The notes below the pieces were generated by a model that did not search any database, had not been told where the DNA came from, and saw only the letters and a list, made by a program, of their open reading frames with translations. From Candidatus Hodarchaeota archaeon (lineage in GTDB: Archaea > Asgardarchaeota > Lokiarchaeia > Sigyniarchaeales > SOKP01), in contig JBHLJY010000001.1 in assembly GCA_048887225.1 (NCBI GenBank), positions 1-64,000 on the forward strand: a DNA stretch of 64,000 nucleotides, given 5' to 3'. A program made the translations under genes and the position numbers. Each line of letters opens with the position of its first letter. Position 1 is the stretch's first letter. Positions 1 to 9,419 of the stretch are shown piece after piece.

Positions 1-199
1 AACTGAAATCTCAATCTAAATATTTATTTGGTATAAAGGGCAAATTACGTAGATTCGAGAGGTCAGAAACTCCTGTAGCTCCTTGAAAAATGCTTGAAAA
101 GTTCAGACAATACCAAAAAAGAAAACAGAAACAAAATTAAATTCATTTTTTTTCTTTTCTCATTTGATATATTGCTTTTTTGAATAGGGAAACTTAGAG

Positions 200-712
200 A
201 ATCTTATATCTTGAACTAAATATATGATTCAATCTAAGATTATAGAATTGAAAAGAAAAAAAGAAGTAAAAATTAATCAAACTAAATTGTCAAAATAAGG
301 GAGATTGTTAAAGAGAACTAAGAAACTAATAGATATTAGTTTTTTTTCAAGGTATTTCATTTTTTAATTTGATTAATTTTTAAAAGACTTTTCAATTGCA
401 TAAAATTTTCGATCGATATATAAAAAAGGTCAATTAATGAAATCTTCAAGGTATTATTTAAAGGGATATAGTAATATATTGAAGTATTAAATTTTCCAAA
501 CTTAATTTTAATTAAATTTTTTAACCCATTTTAAAGATTGAAGTAAAATTTAAGCAAGAAATGATAAATCTTATCAAATTACAATAGAATCCATTGAAAA
601 AAAATGGAAAATAAAAAATTAAACAAAAATTAATTTACATTTTTAATGCTAAAAAGTTAATGATATCAATACATAGAAAATCTTATATCTTGAATTAAAT
701 ATATGATTCAAT
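200..712 (+). repeat. 34-bp near-perfect direct repeat (200-233 and 679-712), resembling a duplicated BRE/TATA promoter with a TTGAA-N12-TTCAA inverted repeat
   Basis: AATCTTATATCTTGAA(C/T)TAAATATATGATTCAAT occurs twice with one mismatch, each preceded by purine-rich TAGA(G/A)A. Confidence 0.75.
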
Positions 713-808
713 ACTAAAATAAAATAAAAAAAAAATTAGATATTTGAAAATTTATAAGGATTATAAAGGATTGGGACTTCAAGAGGTTTAAATTCGTTTT
801 TATCTTTT

Positions 809-1864
809 TTACAAGGAGTTTAAATATTTTTCATACTTTTTAGTGAGATTTCCATTATAATATGGTTTCCCGCCAATTTTTTGCTGAAATCCCTTATGCA
901 TTTTTAATTTCCAATTCTCAAAAATCTTAGTTATTTTTCCACCATATATAGCATTTTTGCCGGTTAATTTTTCGTAAGTTTTAGCTTCCAAATTGGAAAC
1001 CTCAGATTCTTTACTCGGTTTTTTCGTCGCAGGCTTCTTTTTAGCCGGCTTTTTTACTGTTGATTTTTTAGTCGCAGGTTTCTTTTTTGCCGGTTTCTTC
1101 TTTGCTGGCTTTTTGACTTTGGGTTTTTTAGGCGGTAATTCTTCCACAATAGTCTTTCCGCTGAGATCATTTAAGAATATTTCATATTTTTGAGTAGTTT
1201 TTCCTTTATAATAAGGCAACCCTCCTGTTTCCTCCCGAAAATTTTTATGGACTCTCATCTTCCATTTTTGGAAGGCTTTTGTTTCAGCTGGTGGATTCCC
1301 CCATATCGCATTTTTCTCAGTTATTCTCTCGTACGTATCAACTTCTGATTTGAATATTTCTGGTTTTTTAGGTCGTACTCGTTTTTTTACTTTTTTAGCC
1401 GCTCCTGGTTTAAATTTACTAATAATTTCCATTATCTCGTGGCATTCAAAGACGTTTCCTTTATTATCGCTGAAATAGGGAAGATCAAAACTGTCTAAAT
1501 AGATGGCAAAATCGAAATAATTAGTGTGGTCGATCTCAGGTCCCATATATTGAGCAGTAAGAACGATTACTTGCTTGTCTTTGGAGAGGTTGATGATATT
1601 TCTTTTATACTCAGAATATTGATATAGAGAGATTTTTTCAAAATCTTTTATTGAAAGTAACTGCTCAATTTGAGCTTTAGTTTTAATTTGAGCGTCATAT
1701 TCTTCATGCTTTTTATTATTTATTGAAGCATTAAGGGCAATTAAAGAATATTCCTCATCATTATCCAGCGTTATTTCTAAGAGAGCTTTTAGAAATTGTT
1801 TTATATGATTCCATTCCGACTCATGAGCGATTCCAATGATTTCCTTAGGTATACTTTCAGACAC
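809..1864 (-). CDS. Hypothetical protein with H1-like KKPAK repeats and four copies of a ~24-aa motif
   Basis: 351-aa ORF; KKPAKKKPAKKKPATKK tract flanked by paired YExxTxKNAIxG..TKxFxxWK / FxxxxGGxPYYxGxxTxKYExxL motifs. Confidence 0.85.
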   Translation of the reverse strand: MSESIPKEIIGIAHESEWNHIKQFLKALLEITLDNDEEYSLIALNASINNKKHEEYDAQIKTKAQIEQLLSIKDFEKISLYQYSEYKRNIINLSKDKQVIVLTAQYMGPEIDHTNYFDFAIYLDSFDLPYFSDNKGNVFECHEIMEIISKFKPGAAKKVKKRVRPKKPEIFKSEVDTYERITEKNAIWGNPPAETKAFQKWKMRVHKNFREETGGLPYYKGKTTQKYEIFLNDLSGKTIVEELPPKKPKVKKPAKKKPAKKKPATKKSTVKKPAKKKPATKKPSKESEVSNLEAKTYEKLTGKNAIYGGKITKIFENWKLKMHKGFQQKIGGKPYYNGNLTKKYEKYLNSL

Positions 1865-1984
1865 GAACTCTCAACCAAAAAAAAAGATGCTCTCTAAAAT
1901 AATATCAATAATTAGCCTTTACTTTACTTATAAAACATAAAAATAATGCTTATTATATATTTGTGTATTTTTTAGTATGGCGTA

Positions 1985-2329
1985 TCAACAAGTCAAATGA
2001 AACGCTCCGGCAATTTTTTTATCACTTTTAATTTCTTGGTTATATTTTTTAACAGCTTCTTTGGTAGGATATGATACAACCTCGAAGTTTAATTCTTTTG
2101 ACAAATTCGCTGGAACAGTCATCATTCCGTAAGCTCCTGTACCGACTATTAAAAGCTCTGGTTCGTACGCCAAGATTTCCTTCAGATCTTCTTTAACCAA
2201 GTTGTGCCCTCTTTCCCTCCACCATTTAGCCTTCACATTTTTTCCAAGTAGAATTACATCGCTCGTATAAGTTTTATCTTCGATGGCGATTCTACCAAAC
2301 TCGTAGAAATTAATGAATTCTGAAGGCAT
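1985..2329 (-). CDS. Mth938-like (DUF498/AAMDC) domain protein
   Basis: YEFGRI..Y.SDV, PELLIVGTG, T.EA...YN, C-terminal AFHLTC. Confidence 0.85.
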   Translation of the reverse strand: MPSEFINFYEFGRIAIEDKTYTSDVILLGKNVKAKWWRERGHNLVKEDLKEILAYEPELLIVGTGAYGMMTVPANLSKELNFEVVSYPTKEAVKKYNQEIKSDKKIAGAFHLTC

Positions 2330-2403
2330 AAGCTAAATATAATAGTAAAAAGTATATATATTAATTTTTTTAACAATTCTAAATATAATAGAGGTAAATT
2401 GAA

Positions 2404-3084
2404 ATGACGGAATTAATGAGTTTCAATCCAGTAGAAGTTTATGTAATTGCCAAAGATGCTGGCATTTTACTTTATAAATATTCAATTGTGGATTTTGGGC
2501 AAACGGATAGGGATCAATTAATGTCTGGGTTTTTATCTGCTCTCAATAATTTTGCCAAAGATTTAGACTTTCCCGCTGGGGTGTCTCTAATTCGATCTGG
2601 CTCCTTAGAAGCCCGGTATAACCCTGGAGAGCATGTTTTTTCTGTGTTAATTATCGATTATCAGATGCCTCTTGGCTCATCCACTGAACCGATTCTCAGC
2701 GGGCTTGCTGAGGAAATTACTAAAAAGTTTGAAGAAAAATATAAAGAGCCCTTAGAAAGCCAAATAAAATCTAAGAAATTTAAACCAAAAGTCTTTAATG
2801 ACTTTTGGGAAGATATTGATCAAATCATTAATCAATTTGGCGAAGAATCGAATGAATTATATCAAAAGTTGGTATTAATTGAGGCTATGTACGCAAAAGT
2901 ACCACAAAAATGGTGTCTCCCACTGATTGAACAGGTTGGGGCGGGAGAGCTAGTCGATATTGTGGAAAATATCCCAGAGATGTATCATCGACTCTTAAAA
3001 AGAGCTATTCACAAGGTTAATCTAAATAGTAAACCTGTGTGGGAAATTTTTGCCGTTTCATTACTCGATCCTAGCTCTCTTTAA
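2404..3084 (+). CDS. Longin-like domain protein with C-terminal helical extension
   Basis: VYVIAKDAGILLYKY...QLMSGFLSALNNFAKD pattern typical of Asgard longin-like domains; GAGGT SD upstream. Confidence 0.65.
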   Translation: MTELMSFNPVEVYVIAKDAGILLYKYSIVDFGQTDRDQLMSGFLSALNNFAKDLDFPAGVSLIRSGSLEARYNPGEHVFSVLIIDYQMPLGSSTEPILSGLAEEITKKFEEKYKEPLESQIKSKKFKPKVFNDFWEDIDQIINQFGEESNELYQKLVLIEAMYAKVPQKWCLPLIEQVGAGELVDIVENIPEMYHRLLKRAIHKVNLNSKPVWEIFAVSLLDPSSL

Positions 3085-3133
3085 GACTTATTAAAAGAGG
3101 GAGTCAAATTTAACTTAATTTTAATTCATTCTA

Positions 3134-3733
3134 TCAATCAAAAGATTTTTTCTTTAATAACATATTTAGTTCAGCAATTAACCAACATAACTCATCATAA
3201 GTAGAGGAGGATTTATGAATTTCCTTGGCTTTTTTGTTTATTTCTGCGGCGGTTATTTTACCTTTGCTTTTTATTATTGTTAATTGGGCCTTCGCTAGGT
3301 CTTTGCATAACTCATCGTAAGATTTTTTCTCCTGCGAAAGCTTATGTGCGGCAATGGTTATTTCTCCTTCGAGGTCGGGTTCTAAGCCTATGTCAATAAG
3401 TTCTATCGTGTCTTCATATTCAATTTCTAATTCAGTTCTTCTTTCTATGGGAGCTTTAGCTTTCAATCCTTTTTTCAAAATATCCATCATTGCAAGGAAA
3501 GCACCAAATTCTTTACCTTGATGTAAAATTTGAATATTCGCAGGGATTTCTTTCTTTTCATTTAAAGCTTCTGCCTTTTTTTGGCTTAAATCTTTTTTCT
3601 TTTTAGAAGCTTTTTGTCCGAACCACAGATACATATTTTTATAGTCATCAACGAGATACACAGATTTTTCGGCGAAAGTCAATTTGCTAATTTTTCTTAA
3701 AGCACCGTTTTCAGCCACGCTATATAGTTTCAT
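3134..3733 (-). CDS. Single-domain gelsolin homolog with C-terminal helical 'X' extension (1DGelX-type)
   Basis: SVYLVDD..NMYLWFG..S and QGKE...F gelsolin motifs; duplicated YDELC..(L/I)A motif at C-terminus. Confidence 0.8.
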   Translation of the reverse strand: MKLYSVAENGALRKISKLTFAEKSVYLVDDYKNMYLWFGQKASKKKKDLSQKKAEALNEKKEIPANIQILHQGKEFGAFLAMMDILKKGLKAKAPIERRTELEIEYEDTIELIDIGLEPDLEGEITIAAHKLSQEKKSYDELCKDLAKAQLTIIKSKGKITAAEINKKAKEIHKSSSTYDELCWLIAELNMLLKKKSFD

Positions 3734-3885
3734 AACATCTCAATTTAGTTTTTATTAATGATATAGTAAAATCAACTAAGACGATATAATAAATTTTAAC
3801 TAAAGAATTTACCTTCTTTTATTTTTAGATTTAAAATATTATAAAGTAGAATAAATTATAATAAATAGAATAATTTAAAGAACTA

Positions 3886-5436
3886 ATGGGCGATTTAAGA
3901 ATGACATCAATAACAGTGTATGATGGGTCTGAGACAATAGGTGGGAATAAGATTTACGTAGAAGAGAAAGGAAAAGGAGTTTTTCTTGATTTTGGCATGA
4001 ATTTTGCCAAGTATAATGTGTTTTATCAAGAATTTTTGTATGATCGGGGTGCCAGAGGTATTTATGATCTGATTTCTCTTAATTTAATCCCGAAGCTTAA
4101 GATATATCGTAAAGATTTAATCCCTTCCGACCTTGATATATCTACATTTCCTTCGTTGAATGTGCAAGCGATTCTGCTTAGTCACGCGCATATGGACCAT
4201 TTTGGAAATATGGGATTGCTTGACGAGAAATTTCCAATAATTGCGTCACCATCGACATTAATGTTGCTAAAGGGGATATTAGATACTTCAGCAGCTAAGA
4301 TTGGTTCGGAAGTTGCATATTTTTCAGAAAAATTTCCCGACAATGATGACGATAGAGTTCTAAAAGCAGATAAAAGTTATACAAGTAAAGATTTAGGTCG
4401 GAATTTTGTTTGTACAAACGGTTTTTCGGGATCTTTTGAAGATTTTATATCGACAAGCGTTAAAAGTAGAAAACAATTAGAAGCAGGGCGTATATGCACT
4501 ATTGATGATTATTTAACGCCCTTCGAGATTAAAGCTTTTGAAGTAGACCACTCTATATACGGTTCTACTGGTTATATTTTAGAAGGCGATATGACTATTG
4601 CTTATACAGGGGATTTTCGCCTTCATGGTAAAAGAGCAGAAAAAAGTAAAAAGTTTATTAAAGAAGCGAAAGATGCATCAATTCTAATAATTGAAGGGAC
4701 GAGGGCATCAAGAAAACACATAAATGAATCTGAAGAAATAATTTTTAACAATTGTCTAAAAGTCGTTGAGGAATCTAAAGGGCTTGTTATTGCTGATTTC
4801 TCTGCCAGAAATTTTGAGAGGCTAGAAATTTTTAAAGAAATAGCCAGTAAAGTGGGGAGGACTCTCATCATAACTGCGAAAGACGCATATTTGCTAAAAG
4901 CGCTTGAAAAGGCAGATGGAGTTGATAGGACAAAAGATATATTGATTTATAATGAATTAAAAGCGCGTAGATATAATTGGGAGAAAGAATACCTTAAAGA
5001 TGAAATTGGCGAGGAAGCTTATATCGATCCGACGAAAATCTCTAGCGAACCAGATAATTATTTACTTTGTTTTTCTTTTTACGATATGAAGCATTTATTA
5101 GATATTAAACCAGAATATGGAACTTATGTTTATTCTTCAAGCGAAGCCTTCGAGGAAGAATCAGAATATGATTTCATTAGATTAAGTAAATGGATTGAGG
5201 CTTTTAATTTCAAAATTTACGGATATGAAATTTTAGAACAGGAGGGGCGAGAAAAACCAAATTTTATTAAAGGATACCACGCTTCAGGCCATGTATCTCA
5301 AAATGAAATTAGATGGGCTATTGAAACTATTGATCCGGACGTTATTATTCCAGTTCACACAGACAATCCGGTCTGGTTTAGGGATAATTTTGATAAGGCC
5401 ATTCTTTTAAAAGATGGTCAAACTTATAGAAAATAA
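3886..5436 (+). CDS. MBL-fold beta-CASP ribonuclease (RNase J-like)
   Basis: IGGNKI, LDFG, SHAHMDH, VDHS, YTGDFR, HASGH, PVHT; start may be ATG 3901. Confidence 0.88.
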   Translation: MGDLRMTSITVYDGSETIGGNKIYVEEKGKGVFLDFGMNFAKYNVFYQEFLYDRGARGIYDLISLNLIPKLKIYRKDLIPSDLDISTFPSLNVQAILLSHAHMDHFGNMGLLDEKFPIIASPSTLMLLKGILDTSAAKIGSEVAYFSEKFPDNDDDRVLKADKSYTSKDLGRNFVCTNGFSGSFEDFISTSVKSRKQLEAGRICTIDDYLTPFEIKAFEVDHSIYGSTGYILEGDMTIAYTGDFRLHGKRAEKSKKFIKEAKDASILIIEGTRASRKHINESEEIIFNNCLKVVEESKGLVIADFSARNFERLEIFKEIASKVGRTLIITAKDAYLLKALEKADGVDRTKDILIYNELKARRYNWEKEYLKDEIGEEAYIDPTKISSEPDNYLLCFSFYDMKHLLDIKPEYGTYVYSSSEAFEEESEYDFIRLSKWIEAFNFKIYGYEILEQEGREKPNFIKGYHASGHVSQNEIRWAIETIDPDVIIPVHTDNPVWFRDNFDKAILLKDGQTYRK

Positions 5437-5568
5437 ATTTTCAATTCTTAGTAGCTAAAAAAAATATGGTTCTTTATCGTTTTTAGGATAGATTTTTATA
5501 TAAAATCTCCTACTATTATTTAAACAACTTATCTGATTTCTAACAAACAGTCAAGAGTTATGGGATAA

Positions 5569-5871
5569 ATGTCAAGAGAATTATATGAAAGGATTAAAAC
5601 TTTGGAAAAGCAATTAAACGAATCCCATGATTCTATGTCTTCATATAATGTAAAATATAGGGAATTACAAGATAAAATAGATAAATTAAATAGAAAAATT
5701 TTTGATGCAAAAGGAAAACTTCGTGAAGTTATCTTAACTATAAACGAAATGCTTAAAAAATTAGATTTAGAAATTCATCAAATCAATTTGGGCGATCTTA
5801 AGAAGTTAGATAATAAAAAAGTGATTACTTTAATTCACAGCGCACTCCGTCTCATAAATTTTAGGCTTTAA
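5569..5871 (+). CDS. Small coiled-coil hypothetical protein
   Basis: 100-aa ORF with heptad pattern, ATG start with upstream GGGA. Confidence 0.7.
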   Translation: MSRELYERIKTLEKQLNESHDSMSSYNVKYRELQDKIDKLNRKIFDAKGKLREVILTINEMLKKLDLEIHQINLGDLKKLDNKKVITLIHSALRLINFRL

Positions 5872-5996
5872 TTTTATTTGAATTAAAGATCAAATATTTA
5901 TAAAAAAGAATTTCAATAAAGAGAGAATTTTTTATTTTTATAGCTAATTTTAATGAAATTGAATCAGTATAAAAATGATATATAAAAAGTCATATA

Positions 5997-8084
5997 TTAG
6001 TAATTTTCTCTCTCAACAATTGTCTCGTGGTTTTTCTTTTCGAAATTAAAAATGTCAGTTACAAAGGAATCTAAGTTTCTTTCATGTGAAATGATAATCA
6101 TCTGTTCAGTGTTTAATTTTTCAAAAATATCTTGCATTTTATTTATTTGCTGCTGGCTAAAACCGTCCGTTGGTTCGTCTAAAATCAAAATTTTTTTGGT
6201 TTTAACCTCTTGATGGCGTTCATTTATTATTTTATTTAAAGCTAAACGATAAGATAAGGATAGAGCGCTTTTTTCTCCCCCTGAAAGATCTCTAAAAGGA
6301 CTTTCATATCCATTGACATTAATCATAGGTTGAAAATCATCTGGCCTAATTTCTACATCAATATTTTGTTCTTCCACAAGGATATGGAACCATTCTTTGA
6401 AGTATGTATTGAAATGCTGTGCACTTGAAGAAAGAATTTTTCTCTCGATATCACGAATAAGTGTAGGAAATTCTACAACTATGCAATTCCCTAATTCAGA
6501 GAGATATTTTTGCTTTCTCTTAAGAGATTCCTTGAGTTTAATAGCCTTCTTTAACTCACTTAATTCTCTTTGTAATTGTTTTAAGTTAGTTTTTTCTTCT
6601 GCTATGTTATTGCTTAAATTTTCTTTTTTAGTCCTAAAATGGCTTACTTTTATTTTCTGTTGGTTTAAATCTTCTTTAATTTTTGCTCCAAGTTGCTTAA
6701 AATCAGTTTTATTTTCGATCTCATATTTTTTTAAAGTGGATCTTATTTCACTGGACGCTTTATCAATCTTTTCTTCTAATTCATTTAATAAAGCTTTTAA
6801 ATCAGATTCTCGCTTTCTTTTTTCATTAATAAGTTCATTTAAGGATTTCCTTTTGGAATCAAATAGTTTAAATTCTTGTAAATTCTCGAGAGATTTTTCA
6901 AGTTCTTTAATTGAACTTTCGATATTATTAATTTCTTGAGTTAGGATTTCTAATTTTTCATTTGCTTCACTTAGCTCATTTTCGAACCGTTCTTTCTCAT
7001 GTATAGCCTGACCACAGAGTGCACATTTTCCTTCATTTAATAATTTATCAATGTCTTTTATACTTTTATCTAAAATTGCTTTAGATTTGATCTTTTCTGA
7101 TTTTTTAGACCTTTCTTCATTAATTTGAACTTTTATCTGTTTTTCTGTTAGATAAGTCTCAAGATTTACTTCTTTTAAATTCTTTAATTTATTGTCTGCC
7201 TGGTTAATTTCCCGTTTTAATTTAACTAATGATTCATTGTTCTCTTTCTTCGTTTTTTCACTCTTGTTTAATATTTGTTCTTGATTTTTAAGTTCCGTCA
7301 ATTTTTCAATATAATCATTATATTTTCCTTGAATTTCTTCAGTTTTTTGCTCTTCTCGCACTATTAATTCTTCTTCTTTTTTGAGCTGGTTTTCTAATTT
7401 TTTAAGAGTTAACTTTAATTCTTTGATTTCATCTTGTTTATCGGGAATTAATTCTTCAGGATCTCCAATTTGTTTTAATCTTCCTGTTATTTCTCTTATT
7501 TGATTATTTAAATAATCTTTAATGATATCTGCATTTTTGAGAGCAGTTTCATATTTCTCAATTCCAAAAACCTCTTTTAGAATTTCAAATCGGTCTTCAG
7601 GATCTGCTAAAATTATTTCTTTAACTTGCTCTTGGGGTGTATAAACAGTGTATCTAAATAGAGGTAGTTTTTGAGCCTTCTCATAACGCGTAATGGAATA
7701 TGATAATAATTTTAGAATTAGTATACGCAAGTCGGTAGGAGCGTATTTTATTTCTGTACCTGCTTCATGGTCGATAAACTTACCACTTGTTTGAGAAACT
7801 TTCCCTTCTCTATTTTTTGATAACCCTCTTATTATAGTATATCGTTTTCTATCAATGCTAAAAGTTAATTCAACTTTTGCTATATTATCTCCCCGCCGTA
7901 AAATCGAATCACCGCGAAGATTTGCGTGAGTTAAAGTTCCAAAAAGAGCAAATTCAATGGCTTTAAGTATTGAAGATTTACCGCTTCCTACATCACCATA
8001 AAATAATATTGAAGAAGATGGTAAATTCAAATCGAGTTTTTTTATACTTCGAATATTTTCTATATGGATAGATTCTAAAATCAT
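5997..8084 (-). CDS. rad50: DNA double-strand break repair ATPase Rad50
   Basis: Walker A GDVGSGKSS, Q-loop YTPQE, zinc hook CALC in coiled coil, LSGGE signature, LILDEPT, IISH; downstream of mre11. Confidence 0.95.
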   Translation of the reverse strand: MILESIHIENIRSIKKLDLNLPSSSILFYGDVGSGKSSILKAIEFALFGTLTHANLRGDSILRRGDNIAKVELTFSIDRKRYTIIRGLSKNREGKVSQTSGKFIDHEAGTEIKYAPTDLRILILKLLSYSITRYEKAQKLPLFRYTVYTPQEQVKEIILADPEDRFEILKEVFGIEKYETALKNADIIKDYLNNQIREITGRLKQIGDPEELIPDKQDEIKELKLTLKKLENQLKKEEELIVREEQKTEEIQGKYNDYIEKLTELKNQEQILNKSEKTKKENNESLVKLKREINQADNKLKNLKEVNLETYLTEKQIKVQINEERSKKSEKIKSKAILDKSIKDIDKLLNEGKCALCGQAIHEKERFENELSEANEKLEILTQEINNIESSIKELEKSLENLQEFKLFDSKRKSLNELINEKRKRESDLKALLNELEEKIDKASSEIRSTLKKYEIENKTDFKQLGAKIKEDLNQQKIKVSHFRTKKENLSNNIAEEKTNLKQLQRELSELKKAIKLKESLKRKQKYLSELGNCIVVEFPTLIRDIERKILSSSAQHFNTYFKEWFHILVEEQNIDVEIRPDDFQPMINVNGYESPFRDLSGGEKSALSLSYRLALNKIINERHQEVKTKKILILDEPTDGFSQQQINKMQDIFEKLNTEQMIIISHERNLDSFVTDIFNFEKKNHETIVERENY

Positions 8085-8101
8085 GGTTAAAATCCCATCT
8101 C

Positions 8102-9382
8102 CTAATCTTCTATTTCGAATAAACTTAAAAAGGATCGTTTGAGATTATCCTTATAATCCATAACTTTAGTCCCGGATTCTCGTTCGACTCCCAACACTCT
8201 TAATAATTGATGAATCTTCTCTTCCATTTTATCCTTGGGAATGAATTTTGAAGTAAATTTTTGAGCAAACTCATGAATAAGAGAATTTTCTATTTCTTCA
8301 TTAGAGGCTCCGGTTACAACGCTCACGGGCTGGTAATCCATACTAGTTAAAGCGCTTTTATTAATTAGAACCTCATATGCCCCTTTATCCTTTAACATTT
8401 GTATTATTTCATTTGCCTTTATTTCATAGGTTTTCCCTTCACTTAGTACTCCATATATTCTAACAGTAACAATTTTATTTCGAGGATCTCTTTTAGATAA
8501 TTCTTTTGTTATTAGATTCTTGACTTCTTGAATACTTTTATTATTACAATCAATATGGATTTTTTCAACATCTTTAATTTTTACGGGAATGTAATTTATA
8601 TTTAACTCTAAAGAACCTTCGTTTCCTTCTCCAGTTACAATACAAAATCCTCCATATTGAAGATTTTCAAGCTCACGAAAGTCTGTTGGAAATAAACATC
8701 CAGGATAAATGATTTTGTTTCTCTCATTGATATCAAGAGAACCACCTTCTCTTAAGCCTTTAGGTACTGTTATATGGATATGTCCTCCCGCATAATATTC
8801 AAAATTCTTCGGAAGCAAGGATTTCGGAGCACTATCCATATCTTTGTATGCCTTTGGTTTTAATTCACTTAACATAGTATGAAGTAAAAATATTTTTACA
8901 CCTTCTTCCTCCTCTAAACTTTTTAAATCTAACATGCGATAATCTTCAATTTCTAAACCTCGCTTTCTTGCTCTTAATCCAGTAATTTTAATATTAGTTT
9001 TTGGATCTTCTACAAATGTTAAATGAAGTTTTTCGCCATCTTCAGATAACTTGCCTCTGGATACATCTGTAAAGAGTCCAGCAGATATCAATGGCCTTAT
9101 CATTGATTTATTAGATGGAGAAAAGTCGTGAGAACCCATAATACCATATACGAGAATATTATGGTCTATTAGTTCTTTTAACTTTTTCGTTGCTAAATCT
9201 ACAACCTCAACTTTTGGAATGCTAATATCATACAAGTCACCACTTATAATAACAAAATCCACTTTTTCTTCAATAAGGCAGTCTATTGCCTTCTCAAAAG
9301 CTTCATATCCAATTTGATTTAAACTTTCATTACGCCATGCTCCTAAGTGAATATCTGAAATATGAGCAAATTTTACCTTCAT
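8102..9382 (-). CDS. mre11: DNA double-strand break repair nuclease Mre11
   Basis: SDIHLG, GDLYD, GSHD, LHT, GGHIH, YPG phosphoesterase motifs; operon context. Confidence 0.95.
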   Translation of the reverse strand: MKVKFAHISDIHLGAWRNESLNQIGYEAFEKAIDCLIEEKVDFVIISGDLYDISIPKVEVVDLATKKLKELIDHNILVYGIMGSHDFSPSNKSMIRPLISAGLFTDVSRGKLSEDGEKLHLTFVEDPKTNIKITGLRARKRGLEIEDYRMLDLKSLEEEEGVKIFLLHTMLSELKPKAYKDMDSAPKSLLPKNFEYYAGGHIHITVPKGLREGGSLDINERNKIIYPGCLFPTDFRELENLQYGGFCIVTGEGNEGSLELNINYIPVKIKDVEKIHIDCNNKSIQEVKNLITKELSKRDPRNKIVTVRIYGVLSEGKTYEIKANEIIQMLKDKGAYEVLINKSALTSMDYQPVSVVTGASNEEIENSLIHEFAQKFTSKFIPKDKMEEKIHQLLRVLGVERESGTKVMDYKDNLKRSFLSLFEIED

Positions 9383-9419
9383 TTCAGTTTAAACCGCCAT
9401 TATAATTTTTCAACAAGTA

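Noticed and set aside
27-117. Possible riboswitch/ncRNA closed by TTTGGTAT/ATACCAAA
   Set aside because: Only an 8-bp AT-rich stem; the interior does not match purine or c-di-GMP riboswitch consensus; context is cut by the window edge
200-712. CRISPR array from the 34-bp repeats
   Set aside because: Only two copies, 479 bp apart, and no cas genes
1-808. Replication origin in the long AT-rich spacer (TCCATTGAAAAAAAATGGA near 590)
   Set aside because: No G-string ORB consensus, no repeated ORBs and no cdc6/orc1 gene in view
993-1193. 66-aa hydrophobic plus-strand ORF (FFAGFF repeats)
   Set aside because: Antisense shadow of the KKPAK repeat; the same applies to other antisense ORFs such as 6397-6939, 20522-21088 and 53739-54239
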